A DNA stretch of 60,126 nt, counting the filler, from Dirinaria sp. TL-2023a (lineage: Eukaryota), in NCBI GenBank assembly GCA_051941275.1. It is 2 parts of 2 records of this genome, joined end to end, with 100 filler letters (N's around TTAATTAATTAA, not from the genome) between each part and the next. Parts side by side here need not be neighbours in the genome. Positions count along the whole stretch, not along the records: positions 1 to 30,032 come from JAVEBF010000105.1; 1 more part is not named here. One strand, given 5' to 3'. Position 1 is the first letter of the stretch. Every line of letters starts with the position of its first letter. A program made the position numbers and the translations under genes. Below are positions 11,956 to 25,837 of this stretch, one piece after another. The notes beneath the pieces were generated by a model, which did no database searches, was not told the origin of the DNA, and saw nothing but the letters and a program-made list of their open reading frames with translations.

Positions 11956-14311
11956 ATGGCTTCGAGCAAGGGTGCTGCTCTAACTGTAGCCGGCATTTCA
12001 TACTACGCGCATCCGCAGGCCTTAGTACGTACTACCTGAGCCGCTGTTTTAGACGAGCTGCACTGACAGACTAAGGGGACAGTTTTGCATGGTAATAAGA
12101 GATCGACGGACACTAAGCCTGAACCTACTGTTGTCATCTCCGCTGACAATGTCACCCAAGCAGAGGACATTATCAGTAGGATTTGGAACTTCGCTAAGCA
12201 TGACGATGTCTATTCCGAGGAATTCGGAAAGTCGCTGGTTCTCCAAACGGTTGCTGGCTCAGGCAATTTGCGCATCATACAAGACTTACAGCTGTCCAAG
12301 AAGTTTACTGCAATACACACCTTAGAGGTGGATTCTTCGGAAGATCTTCTTCCATCCGGGCCTTACTTCCTGCAAAATGGTTGCATACATCAAGCTTGGA
12401 GGCTCTACGTAGATGAGCTGAATGCTTTCGTTCTGACGGTTATTCCAAATGATGTCAGATCATGTACAAGGTAATCAGGCCTGTTCTGGAACCTCAATGA
12501 TTGCTGATTACTGATAGTTTCTCGGTCCTAGACGCCATTGCTGCGGATGGCATACATAAGGTGGTGGCAGTGCCAAGTCGTCTGTACGCTACGAGATCCA
12601 AAATTCAGCCTTTGGCTGGCATGCGATTTGCCTTGAAGGACTGTTTTAATCTCGCAGGCGTCAAAACGACGATGTCTAGCAGAGCCTATACGCAGGTCTA
12701 CGGACCAGAGAAAGAAAGCGCTGCATTTGCTAGCAAACTTCTTTCACTCGGTGCCTCAATCGTAGGTAAAACGAAGATGACTAATTTTGCATCTTCAGAC
12801 GAACCCACCGATCAGTGGGTCGACGATATTTGTCCTATCAACCCCCGAGGCGATGGGTATCAGAGCCCATCTGGTAGTTCATCTGGTGCTGCGGCCGCGT
12901 TGGCTGGATACTCGTGGCTTGATCAGTCAATTGGTGCAGACAGTAGGTACGCCCACAATTCTCGCCATTAGACAATTTTTACATTGAGCGCAGCTGGTGG
13001 AAGTATCCGGGCTCCAGCAACTGCGAACGGAGTCTTCTCGCTACGACCGTCATGGAACATCACGTCCATGGATGGAATTGGAGCAATATACCCGTAAGAA
13101 TGTTCTTAAACAGAACCTGGTCACTAGCTAATACGCTATCTCTAGTGATTTTGATGTTGTTGGCATCCTTGCTCGGGACCTACAATCAATACACGACATT
13201 GTGTCTCTGACACACGATGTCGACGACGCAGCGAAGTTCCCATCCAAGATCCTGTATCCGGAAGACTTCTTCCCACACAGTAACAGGAAGCAACAAGCTA
13301 TGGTGGATACTTTCGTTACAGTGCTGGAGAAATTTCTCGGCGTCAAGGCAATTAGAACCAGTCTCGCCGAAAGATGGAGGCAGTGCCCACCTTTGGAGGC
13401 TGGTGATCATTCAATTACGGAGTATCTTGCACAGGTCAGACAACCATTTGCCAGATTCACCTTAGATAAGCTGATGGGAGCAGAGCGCATTCTGGCCGAT
13501 GTGTTATAGCTATTATCATACCTACAAAGATTTTCGGGATAGCTATAGGGATAAATATGGCAGTGAACCATACATAGGGCCTGTTACTCGCTTTAGATGA
13601 TAAAGCTTCCAGCAACTTGCCATTATCGTGCATCCCAGCTTATTCCTTTGCTAGGGGAATAGGCGAAGCTGTGTCTCAAGAGGACTTCTACAAAGGCAGA
13701 GCCGAGATCCAAGTCTTCCGCCAATGGTTTGACGCAAATGTACTTTCCTCGGATCCAGACACCAAATCCGATGCGATCATGATCATGCCCTACGGCATGG
13801 GTGGGCCGAAATACCGGGACGCTCCCAATAGGTAGGTATGGCATTTTGCCTCCAATAATGAAGATACTCTGAAAAAAAGCTGTTGACCCTCTCTCTAGCG
13901 CCCCTTCTACCTCTGGTACAATCAGCGAGAAATTCATGTCACCATCGCTCCAGATTCCACAACTGGTGATTCCCAGTAAAGATTCTTTTCCCTGACGCAG
14001 CTTTCCAGCCTAATAATAATGCCACACAGTCGGGCAGAATCCATACGAATCGAGGATCTCGGGCAGAACGGAGTACCGGCCAATAGGTACTACAATCCTT
14101 GGTGCAAAAGGTGCGTCGGACCGACAAGCGAAAATATATGACGATAAATGCATATGCTGACATTGTGCAAGGGAGCGATCTGATGTTGATCAACCTCGCG
14201 AAGGCAGCCTTGGAATCAGTCGGCTGGCCAACTGAGGTTCAAACAGGCCGTTTGATGTTCAAACTAGGCGACGGCATTCGGAATACGGCAAACGTAGGTA
14301 ATCAAAGATAA
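11956..14311 (+). pseudogene. Amidase-signature family enzyme (GatA-like), multi-exon; probably inactivated by a splice-donor mutation creating TGA at 13598-13600
   Basis: Motifs PLAGMRFALKD, IVGKTKM, NPRGDGYQSPSGSSSGAAAA and D-S/T-GGSIRAPA. The exon ...GPVTRFR ends in TG|ATAAAG, where TG|GTAAAG would splice to G-GGA-ATA (W-G-I). The family call is firm; pseudogene status is less so. Confidence 0.72.
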
Positions 14312-15280
14312 TTAATTCCATTGACAGCAAGCAGTTTGCACAAGGGAAAATTTAGATATAATTTTCGAGAATTTCGCGTGGTTCCCTCATCTCATGTCGC
14401 GCGATAATTCGAATGCATAGGCTTAAGACGATACTGAAGAAATCGACAACTTGTGTGAGCTATGCAAGCGAAGAGGAAAGAAAAACTTGTTACGACCTTA
14501 GATCCTGTGAAAAGAGGCTTGGCGAGAGATCATGTGAGTGGTTGGACGACTCGTCGTCTTGACAGTACGTCTAGCACTGCTAGCACGGTTAGACAGTCTC
14601 GACAGATTACCTTAGACGGTCGTCTAGCATGGCTAGCAGTACCTTAGGGGAAATCTTTGGACAAATAGATCCCTAACATGACACCCTTTTGGCATCCGTG
14701 TCCAACTTTAATTAACTTATCTACTACTACTACTACAAGTAAGTTTAACAAGTACCTTCCCTTATATAATCCTTACCATATCACAAAAGCCCCCCCCCCT
14801 CTCATTATTCCTCAACTCACCTTTCCAACAGATCAAAACCCTACCTTGCTAGGTTAATATCAGACCCTTATCCTATGTAGATAATAATACCAAACACAAC
14901 TCCCTCCAAAAAAGAACAAGGAAAATAGAAAATCATCAACGAAGAAGACCAGAACCACAAAGCAATGTATTTAATGAAGATCGATATTCGATCAATTTCC
15001 CTTAAATCGTCGGTTTTTTGAGTTAGAAATGCGCGAAGGCTCTGCGTCGAGTGATTTCGCTCGAATTCACGACGTGAGAAAGAAAGAGTCTGCGGATTTG
15101 ATCGCGGATAGAATGGCGAGCGGGTAGTAGCTTATTCTTAGAAAGAGGGCGCAGGCACTTAGGATCACTCGAGGTCCAATGAGGGGCGGATTTCAGTCTT
15201 CTTCATGGCGAAAATGATATCAGCAGCGGAGAGTATCTAGATAGAAGAGACTTGACACTAACTACACTCGCTTTCCACGA

Positions 15281-15303
15281 TTTTTTTTTTTTTTTTTTTT
15301 TTT
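15281..15303. repeat. Poly(T) tract
   Basis: About 23 consecutive T. Confidence 0.9.
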
Positions 15304-16807
15304 CTCTCCAGAAGGCCTTCGAATTTTGCTCAGATGAATGTGAGGAGATGAACACAAGATCTTTTCTTTGGCATGCACCCGTTGTCAAACATCAGAATCC
15401 CCAACCTGTACTCGTACATTTTTAGTATGAGCGGTGATGGTACTCGTACGAGTAAACCTATGGTGGTGTACTGGTAGTGTTTGAAATTGTTGGTTAAGTC
15501 TCCGGAATACCAGTCATTGCTGCAGATTGGCTACTTACCAAGTACAGGCGTCGATACGCAGCTATGTAGAGTACATTCCTTTTTTGCTTAAAGTGGTCAC
15601 CGGTCGTTCCGAATCAGAACACGCAGATTCTTGCAAACAACTTTACTCAAGGCGTTTTCACACCTAAAGCCCACCACCAAGCTCTTTATAGGCACTTCTT
15701 TCTAAGCATCAGTAGCCGCTCTGGGTGCACTCAGAGGCTGAATCTCGACTTGATGACTCGAGATGCACGGGTTCTGAAATTTGTCATTCTGATAGGTGAA
15801 ACCCTCCTAGATCTTCTGGTTGATACTTCTAGATCATAGGCGCGTCTCTCGAATCTCGTAGCCTGGCATTATGTTAGGGTTTCTGGAATCGAACGCTAGT
15901 TGGTCAATGGTAGTTGATCTCATATACGCCTATCGTCAAATTGTCAAAAATCGCTCCAGATTTGTCAGACTCGCGAAAAGAAATATTCAGTGCAGCAATG
16001 ACCGTCGCTACGGCATATGGCTAAGCGGGGAGTCCTAAGCGGCCGCAAAGCTCAAAACCAGAACAAGTTGATAGCGGGTATTGCGAGATTGAACTACTTT
16101 CAATGCAAATACGAGGAGGTGTAGAATATCGCAGAGCTACTAATCCTCCCTCACGAATGAATATAGGTGAACGACTGCTCCGGTCGTCAAGAGGTTGTGC
16201 GGATATTTTTGAACTTCCTTGAAGCATTGAAACAATAAGCAAGCCGGAGGGTTTCTCTGAATTCAGCCGAGGCCGGTAGTAATTCTTTATTTGATCGTAA
16301 AATTCATTAAGAATTGCATTATCTCAACTTTTTGTCGATAACGCGCTCGATCACTCGACGAGCCTTGGATACATACAAGCACTTTGCTATCTTATAGACG
16401 GGCTATTTTCGTATGATTTGTGTCTCGATGCTCAATGTCAAGTGACCATTCGGGTACTTTAGATCTCGGGTGGAGATATTTGACGAGCTGTGATGCCTAC
16501 AGACGAATCCGCCAGTCCCTCTGCACCTTCCTGAAAGAGACTGCAAAAGGTGTTGTATCTGCATCTGCGAACGATACGGCATACTGCTCTGCCAGCACGC
16601 TCATAACATTTCGACAATGGAAGATGTCAGAAGGTGACATCAATAACAAGAGACACAGGATTCTGCAAAGGTTATTATGGCGGCTAAGCTTGAACTCTTG
16701 TGTATTTTCACCGGAGCCTAAGGCATGAGAGGGGCTAGGGCTAGGAAATTGGCGCAAAAAGGAGTCAATCGCGGTGCAGATAGAAAAGGTTAGCTAAAAT
16801 CTCTGAT

Positions 16808-19800
16808 TCAGTCCTTCTTCCCTTTCTCGGCGTCGTTAGCCGAGTCCTGGTGAAACGAAAAATCAACCTCTCCTACTAAGGCGCGTACGTTCCTGCAGCA
16901 GGTCAATTAGCAATTCCCCACAGCGAGCTGCGCACCTACAATATAAGCTTTTCCATATCATCATTGATCATCGCACTTGCTATTTGCATGACAGCAAATG
17001 CTGCGTACCCAGGCTCGGCAATGTGGCTAGTACTTAATATGTCTGGATCGATTGCTTCAAGTGATGCACTCAGCTTATACGGCGCTGGGGCCTTCATGTA
17101 CGGTGGGAGAGCGTTTCCATTCGTAATTGAGGCTGAAAGTAGAACCAGCGTTGATGTAATGTCCTCTGAAGTGACGCTAATGGAGGAGATAAGATGGGTG
17201 AAATCCTTCAACCAACCCGCGCTGGTCGGGTCGTCCTTATCTCTGCCTGATAGGAGATTAGAGGCATATGATATCAAACTCATATAATCAAGAATACTGC
17301 CAAAGGGTTAAATCTTCATTGTCTGGTAGAAGTGAGAATATACCTACTTTTGAACCCCTTGTATAATGGTGTCGTATTGCTGCCGGGGGAATTTCCCTCC
17401 AAAACTTGGCTCCCAGGCTGTGAAGGCCGAGTGTTGTCGGAGTCCTGCTAGTAGTGCTAGTTCTTGTGTGAAAAGCTTATGACGAGCCTTTTCCAGCATT
17501 CTTCCCGGACTCGTTTTGACCTCCATGTCGCCCTCAGAGCCAGTAAGGCGCATATGGACAGTTGTATGCACACAGGAATAGAAGCTTGCCAGCACGTATA
17601 AAGACGCGCCGAGATCTTTTCTCAGTTGCGAACGAGCTGTGAGTGGATACGGGAAAAATGTCCAAATGAAAGCGACGAGCATCCCTCCCGCCACACAAGC
17701 TAGTCGGTACGGTGCCAACTCGTAGATCGGATAAGCAGGCTGGCCATTGCTCGTTGCAACCTGTTGCGGTTTGTAAAGGTACACTCGAAGGGCCGTGACT
17801 AGTATAACATACCTTTTCACCAACCTTCCGCACTTGAAGCTCGTAGCCAACGATCAAGACTTGGGTTACCATTGAAATAAGAGATATCACGACGAATCGA
17901 GGGTATTTCAGGACGAAATAAAATTCGAAAAAGGTGAAAACAAAAATCAAGACAATCACACCAGCTGTCTTCCCGTCCACAATATACCAAATGAGGAAGC
18001 TGGTACACATGGCAATGGCAGTGCCTGCAATACGGCCAATGAAACCAAATACGCCAGCGCCAGCTGTCATCGTCATGCCAATAGCAACCATGATCATTGC
18101 CCAGACGAGCCGCTGCTGACTGAAAAACTGTTGAGTGTCCCGAAGGTAAGCGACGATACCGATTGAGAGTGTAGCGCAGGCGACACGGAATCCAAAGGCC
18201 GATTCCTGACTTCCTAACATGTGACCGACACCCCGGATTCCGTTTCCAAATTTCTGCCAGGCATTCTTTGGTGGTAGATGTTCTGGGTCTCTTGTTTCCT
18301 GATACGCTTCCCCAATTCGAATATTAGCGCCGGCAGCCTCGGTGCTGTCAGGTGTATGCTCTGTACTTGAATCTTCAACTCCAACGGCGCTCCTGATCCA
18401 TTTCTTTATGCGCTTCATGCCCGGAACAATGACCCTACTCTTGGCTAGCGTACCTTGATCTACTTTGGCATCGGCAAACTGCACGAGAGCAAGTACTGCT
18501 TGCGCGGTTGAACATAGGAGGAACTCCATATAAAGGATTAGATATAGTTGCCGTTGCTGACTTGAATGATCGAAAGATACGTGCTCTCTTTTCGAGCTTG
18601 GGTGCGGATCATTCTTCAACCGATCATCACGTACGTCCAAACCTCGCTGCCTGCACCAAGCATCGAGCGTCTGCCGCCGCTGTTCGTAAAAATCATCGAT
18701 CCTTTTGGAAAGGGTACCAGCAAATTTCGGAGTTCCTGGCTCGACCATGTCGCCCTTTGCTTCAATATCAGCTGAATCTGGAGTTGTACGATTGACTTTC
18801 TGGTTAGCTTTGGTGTTCTTAGGTCGGTTTTCAAGCTCCAAGGTGAAAAGAGTATGCTGTAAGCCCTCACCGATCGCTTGCGTAAGGTTGTCGAAGGGTT
18901 CATGTAGTGTCCTCATGATTTCGCTCCATCGACTCTTCTCTTGATCTTTGATGTCATCCTCACCGGCAGTTCTCCACCCGCGCCTCTCAGCAACACGATC
19001 GAAGATATCAGCCACGGAGCCCATACCAATAACGGGAAGCATAATGAGCCTCATCAGTCTGCCAAGTTCCGAGATCTCTGAAGCGTCGAGTTTCCCAAAA
19101 GCAATTTCCCGCTTAGCGAAGGGAATTTCGCCATTGAGCTTGCCATGTATCTCACCCAAGCCCGCAAGCGCAGCCTTCATACTTTTGACTTTTGGACTGA
19201 GCTGGGATTTTGGTTCGGGAGTGCCGCCGTCAGACAAAGGACTGCTGTCATTTTTCTCGGCTTTGGCTGGTTGACTAAAGTTTTTCTTGTCCTCAAGACT
19301 CTGCAGATACGCTGACTGCGCCTTTAAAGCACCTCGAAGCGCTCCGATGTACCCAGCAGCGGTTTTAAACACTATGGTTCTGGATGTGATAGGAAAAACA
19401 CAGAACGAAACCCCAATCGCGATGGCAAATCCGGTCAGAAAGGCCTCCAAAAGGCGCTTAGTGAAAGCTATGCCCTGCGTCATGGTCCCGAATTGGGGCG
19501 CATAAGTCGAGGCAACATTGGTAAAGATGGAGTACACAATGACTGGAAACTGAAACTGCGGCCTTGCTGCCCTAAGCGCATTCGCTAAGTAAATATTGAA
19601 GAAGAGCCAGATCGCACACACTGCGGAGGCAGACGAGTTGTAAGGAACCACCGCGGCTCCTGGACTCGGGCCGTTAGATGCAGATTTTGGTCCATTTGGT
19701 TGAGCGGGTGTAGTATGGGCTCTCGCTTGAACACTACAATAGATAGACAGAAGTGCGATAGATGCTCCAATGCATATACCAATTATGTTGAACAACATTG

Positions 19801-20122
19801 TCTGGACGAACTTGGCCCGAGGCATGATTCCGAACGAGAGCAGCGACATAATTGCCACCAAGTAGCCCAAAGTGGAGTAAGTCTGTGCGACGCCATTCGA
19901 CTGGTATATCGCTATCGAGATCGTCGGTGGCAGAGCTCCCTTGAACATCATAAGGAGCATCCCTACATTTAATCCCGATGATTGCCATATCCGCTTCAAG
20001 ATTGGTAGCTTTGTGTGAGTTTCGGATGTCATTTCGCTCCGCCCATCGGACGCTTTGTGTGAAGAGCTCTCATGGCTCGGGGTTCTGGCCGGTTGCCCTT
20101 GTCGCGAATGGAACTCGGACAT
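16808..20122 (-). CDS. Multi-pass membrane protein, ArAE/FUSC-like (aromatic acid exporter-related) family, 4 exons
   Basis: Long first exon with two hydrophobic blocks (MFKGALPPTI...; DPEHLPPKNAWQ...SAFGFRVACATLSIGI...QRLVWAM). Later exons contain LAPYRLA, EPSFGGKFP, EPGYAAFAV and LVGEVDFS. Stop at 16808-16810. Confidence 0.85.
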
Positions 20123-20770
20123 GATCGTAATATATTTCTACCTCAAGCAGTGAAGCCAGCGTTGACGATGCAAAGTCTCATAGACTTAATGTATCCACGG
20201 AATCAATCATAGACCCATGGTGACCAATTGTTGAAAGTGGGGGAATATCTATCCATCTTGGCCACCGTCATGCCCACGAGAAGACATTATTTGAGTAATA
20301 GGTACCCCTCGTACCTAGGTAAGTACCGTATTTATCTTCTGCCAACATGGAATCGAATGAGTGGTCAACCTCTCCGGAGTATGACTAAGATCCATACGGC
20401 ATAAAGTAAGGTACGCAGATGGTCAGCCCAAAGGGCCGGAATATACCCGAGATGCCAAGGCGGCGCTCGGCGGCCCGAAGAAGTACAGCGGGATTCCCTC
20501 GATTCCTTCACACGTTTTCCCTGGGGTACCTCGGACTACTGCAAAGTACCACCAAATACGCAGTATCGCGAAAAACAAGTCCACATGAGATTTTACTGAT
20601 TGGGAATTTAAAAAGTTTGTAGCATTACTGTTCGCTTCAGAAACCTAACTCATGAGCCGTGATGGGTTGTCAAGCCTTGATTGAACTACGCCTCGCTGAT
20701 AATGAATCGAGCATTGGAGTCGAATGAAACCATTCGAGTTGCACACAGCATTCAACTCCTACCACTGTGA

Positions 20771-21639
20771 TTATTTTCGTGGTGGCCTGGGCGGAGGGTT
20801 GCCTTCGCCCCTTTCCAAGTCAGCTTCCTGCTGGCCACCAAACCAGCCACCACCCCCGCGAACGTGGGGCTTGCCTTTTGGGGGCACTGTGACTTTCGAA
20901 CCACCAGACTCGGGTTTAGGCCGATCGTCGGCCTCGTATGCTGGCGGCCCGTCCTCATCATCGCTGCTGACCTCCTGTATTCGACCACTCTCTCCATTTG
21001 CTCCTGCTCGCTTTGCAGCGGCCTTGACACGTTTGTTGAGCATCTTCTCGAGAGCAACGGCATTGCGCGTGTTACAACGGAAAAATGTGTCCGCGATGTC
21101 GCCGAGGAATGGAACCAAGCCAATAGCGAAGTCGATCATAATGTTCATGACCATGGTACTCTTGAGCTTATCGCGGTCCTTTCCGGGGGACACCTTCAAG
21201 GCCGTTTTCATGACCATCATCGCCATGAAAAGGTCGACAAAATCGCCGATGCTGGATATAAAATCAGTCACTGTTGAAAACCCTATCGCGCTAGCACTTA
21301 CGCAGGAATGATCCCTATTATGCTACTCCAGCCAAATCTAATACCGCAGATACTGATCGCATTATCCAGCCGGTACGCCCGACGCTTGACTTTCGTGAGG
21401 ACTTCTGCGTCTTCCTTCGGTATTTGCTCGTTGATGCGCTTTTTTATCTTCTTGGTCTTGCCGGGCTTTGGGCGGCCACTGAGATCGGTGGCGGGAACGT
21501 TCTCGAAGTACGGGTCCTGATTGCAAGGTCAGTACCCGTAGAGCAGAGTAAGGGCCCTACTCACCTCTCTTCCGAATTTATTGGCTGCGGACTCTTTTAA
21601 CACCCGCTTGCCAATGATCCTTGCGACAGAGCTCGCCAT
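20771..21639 (-). CDS. DUF4112-like small membrane protein, 3 exons
   Basis: Spliced product includes DPYFE, KVKRRAYRLDN...GIRFGWSSIIGIIP, IGDFVD and DFAIGLVPFLGDIAD..FRCNTRN, typical of this conserved fungal family. Confidence 0.8.
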
Positions 21640-22346
21640 GTTGCAGGTTATTGTTTTTCTTAGGCTGATTGATTTTCTTAGGTTGCAGAGGGAAAGTGTT
21701 ATGTAGTGTAGAAGGGGGTTTGAAGGCCAGCTTGAAAGTTGGAGGATCAGTTGCGAGGTGTGTAGAGTCTTAAATATCGGCTGCTCAAGGACAATGGGAT
21801 GTGAGTTGTGACGCTTTAGGCCATTGACTTCACCAGATTTGAAACAAAGATGACAGAAACACTGAGCGAAACGCCGTGGATCGTGTTATGCCAACGAATA
21901 GTGGTATGATTGCGCATGATGAAGCGCTCGAGGGTCAAAGGCTTTATTTAAGAATCATTGTATCGGTTTGAAATCTTGAATCCGGTTTGATACGTCAATA
22001 GATGAACAGATCATCTGCACTAGCAGGGGTTTCGGCGGCTAGCTTCAGCCACTGTGGCGTTACCAAAGTGTGGCTGTGTTCCCGTATACTCGGCTACTAT
22101 TGCTTCTTTCCAGCAACATTTCAGCCATGGAGTGTACATAAGCACCTTTCCGAGAAGCCGAGCTCTCTGGATTGTCATAACCCTGCTTCCGTCAACAATC
22201 TAGGCCCATCCAGCCAAAACTCGTTTGTCGGTAGAATTCTTCCGAAGGACAATCCGAGGGGCTGTGCGAGCGATCATTAGGTGCAGTTACTATTCTGCCG
22301 TAGCACCAGGGTTTGGAGGTGGAGATGCTCGAGCAGGAGGATCAGG

Positions 22347-25300
22347 ATGACAGAGACAAAGATGCAGCTAGTGGACTGTACGTGAGAACACTCAGACATC
22401 CTGAGCTATTGATAAATACAGCCGCGCACACATGGGTGAGAGTACTGACTTACCCTGATACGCTCTAGGGCTCGACGACCTATGCGTACGGTTCATCATC
22501 AATCTCCCTCAAGAAGAATTGCAGTCAGTGGAACGGATCTGTTTTCAGGTAGAAGAAGCACAATGGTTCTACGAAGACTTCATCCGTCCGCTGGATCCCG
22601 ATCTCCCTTCACTCAACCTCCGAAACTTTTGCCTTCGCATTTTCCAACACTGTCCTTTACTGTCCCAATTCTCATCGTATCACCATTCAACAGCATTTTC
22701 GGAGTTCCTGGCATATAAGACAAGGGTACCGGTCAGAGGCGCTATCATGCTCAACAACGACTTGGATGCTGTGATTCTGGTCAAAGGCTGGAAGAAAGGT
22801 GCCAATTGGAGTTTTCCGAGGGGCAAAATAAACAAGGCTGAGCCAGACTTGGATTGTGCTATCAGGGAGGTCTACGAAGAGACAGGTTTTGATCTTCGTG
22901 AAGCTGGCCTAGTCGCTGAAGAGGAGAATATGAAATATATCGAAATCACCATGAGGGAGCAACACATGCGCCTTTATGTCTTTCGAGACGTGCCTATGAA
23001 TACACAATTTGAGCCAAAAACAAGGAAAGAGATTAGCAAGATCCAGTGGTATAAGCTTTCTGAGTTGCCAACCCTCAAGAAAGGGAAGAATCAGCATGAA
23101 GGCAAAGGCGAGGATTTGGCGAATAATGCGAACAAGTTCTACATGGTTGCGCCTTTCTTGGTACCCTTGAAGAAGTGGATATCCCAACAGAGAAAGCTCG
23201 ACAGGCATAGGAACTCTGGACAGCCAGAGAGCATGATTCCCTCGGCCCACGAGATCCTGGACGAGGGATCCAACGACCATGATACGGCTGGAAGAAGTGA
23301 TATGGAAAGACTTCTTGCGGGCTTGAGACAATCTGGTCAGGCACAACGTGCAAGCGATCTACCTGAGTTGTCAGTACCCGTGCCGACGATATCGGAGACC
23401 ACAGCCCCAGAGAATGTTCGCTTGCAGCCAACATCAGATATCTTGGGTGTGCGATCTGCGGCTCATCGACTTGACGCACCTAAGTCTTCTGATGTTGATC
23501 GACAAAAGTCCAATGCCCTTCTTGCGTTACTAAAGGGAAATGGTGCGGACAGAGCTCCGCCTCAGACACCCGCGGAACAGATTATCGTGAATCCTCAAAT
23601 GCCCCCTTCGCCAAAACGTCAGCCAGCAGACTCAGAACAACGTCAAGGCTCCTCAAATGCGTCCCCCTATCTAAATCCAACCCAGGATGCTACCCGCTTA
23701 CTGCAACCCAAGGTTGCTAGCGTCGCTAATGCAGCCTTGCAGCCGCAAGTAATACATCAACCGCTGAGAGCGCTGCAGAACCAGGGCCGTAATCCATTGG
23801 ATATAGGTGTGCTCAAAGCTCAACAAGCTGCCCGTTTTCAGGCCATGGATGGTCAAATCGCCAGCCCAACTCGTATTGGCCCTGCTCCCTATCAGCGTAC
23901 AGGTGACCCGTCCTTCACGCAAACTTCGCAGCCGACCGGGTTCCCATCATCGATTCCTCCAGCGAGCAAGCTTCCACCGCCCAAACTTAACCCACACTCT
24001 TCTGCGCTCTTGACTCTTTTCAAAGCCGGCGCAAACGCTCCCTCTGAAATGTCGATAGCTCGACCGATAGCGCCGCGGCCGGAGGTTGCCGCAGTTGAAG
24101 GGAAACCTAGCTTCGTAGATGGAAACAGGCAGATCACAACGAAAGGAAATGGCGCCTATAGAGCCGACCAACCGTTGCAGCCGACGCCTGCGGACGTTGT
24201 GTCTGAAATGTCTGGGGTGGAGAGCGGGAATGAACCAAATTCTCATCATGGCATCACTAAGCCAACCTCTTCCTCCTTAGAGGCCACAGTCTCGAGTCCA
24301 GACAATCCTTATGCGAATGATCCTAAGGTACAAGCAGCGATGGTTGCTCTACACTTAGTGCCACCTGCAACTGGGGAAAAGCCCAGTGCGCCTATCAAGC
24401 CCCAAAATGAGCACCAAGACGCGCTTCTCGGTCTGTTCCGAGCGCCGCCAGTCAAACCGGTCGAATCCAAGGAAACAACAAAGGCCTCACTTGACCTTCC
24501 GCACACTTCCTTCGAACTATCTGCCTTACCGAGCCCAGGCCATTCGAGAGAGCCATCGCGAGACAACGAAAGCGCACGCAATCAAACCGCGGGGCCTTCA
24601 ACTCGACATCTGACCGGCCATCACAAGCAAACGAGAGCAGTCCTTGCACCTCGAAAGCCAACCGTATCTGCAACGGTAGACGGTCCACTCAACGTTCCGC
24701 AGTTCGACAAGCTACTCACAAAACCGAAAGCAGACTCTTCGAAAGTAAACAACCGCTCTAATAAAGAGACTGTTAAAATTCTCCAGAGACCCCTTCAGTC
24801 TGGGTCAATTATGGCCGCAAGTGATCCTAATGGTCTGGTAGTTAGTGAAGAATCGACACTCGCCCCCCCAAATACGATGGTATCTACCCCAAATTTACCT
24901 GCTCAAAGCGTGCCTCCTGAAAATCCACTGTTCACACCCGTCAAATCTAATCCGACACCTCAAGGCCAACCAGAAATGCTCCGCCGCCCACGTCCGCCTA
25001 TCCCAAAACCCTCTCAGAATGACACGATTCTCTCGCCGATCGATCCCCTTCCGTCACCGAGACACATGGTGCCCGTTGATCGCCGTGCCAATCAAACACA
25101 GGAGCATAAGACGTCTTTACTTGCACTTTTCAGCCGGCCTTCGCAATCGCCCGCTGAGACGCCAACACGAGCCGGCTCAGCATTAGTAAGTCCGCTAGTT
25201 ATGACTGCGCAGCGAGATGGAGGTTTTGGTGGGAATGACATGGAGGGAGTTGGTAGTCTAGCCTCTCTAGTGAGTGGCGGTGAGAAGGATGTGAATGCGC

Positions 25301-25398
25301 AAATGAGTAGTGGGCGCCAATCCTCGCGGACGACCCTAACGGACCGGACCTTTTTGTTGGGTTATTTGGATTCTGTAGCGAGAGGGGAGAAGAAGTGA
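22347..25398 (+). CDS. DCP2: mRNA decapping enzyme catalytic subunit Dcp2
   Basis: Short exon 1 (MTETKMQLVDW) and one intron. BoxA LDDLCVRFIINLP...ERICFQVEEAQWFYEDF, Nudix box WSFPRGKINKAEPDLDCAIREVYEETG, and a long disordered C-terminus. Confidence 0.96.
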
Positions 25399-25837
25399 AT
25401 GCAGTCTAGCAGTGAGAACGCAGGCATACCTGCGTCTCCTCTTCATTTACTGCTATTGTGAATAGTTTTGGCTGTATTCTGGAGTGGACGAATCTAAGAT
25501 GTCCACATCAGATCCTCGAAGCACTACCTATTGATTTCTCAGCAAGCTTTCGCCCCACGCAAAACGACTATGAATGCCCATTGAGAACCGAACCATTCCT
25601 TAGTAAGCACTATAGGATTAAGGATCAGACGAGTCATTGCTGCTAATAGGTTATGCCATAAGGATGTTATATGTTATAGTAGAATGTTCAATATAGTGTA
25701 GAGCGTACCTTAGGTATCGGCAAATCACCATATCCACTACCGAAGGTCACGTGGTTTCGCTGCCGTGAGCCGCTCAAAGCGCGTCGTTCTACCACTCACT
25801 CTAAGCAACTTCGCAAAATTTCATCACACAGCCAGCA

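Noticed and set aside
14540..14960. Short GTCTAGCA/GCTAGCA repeats and a G-poor tract, possible TE or LTR relic
   Set aside because: No TIR, LTR pair or coding remnant identifiable.
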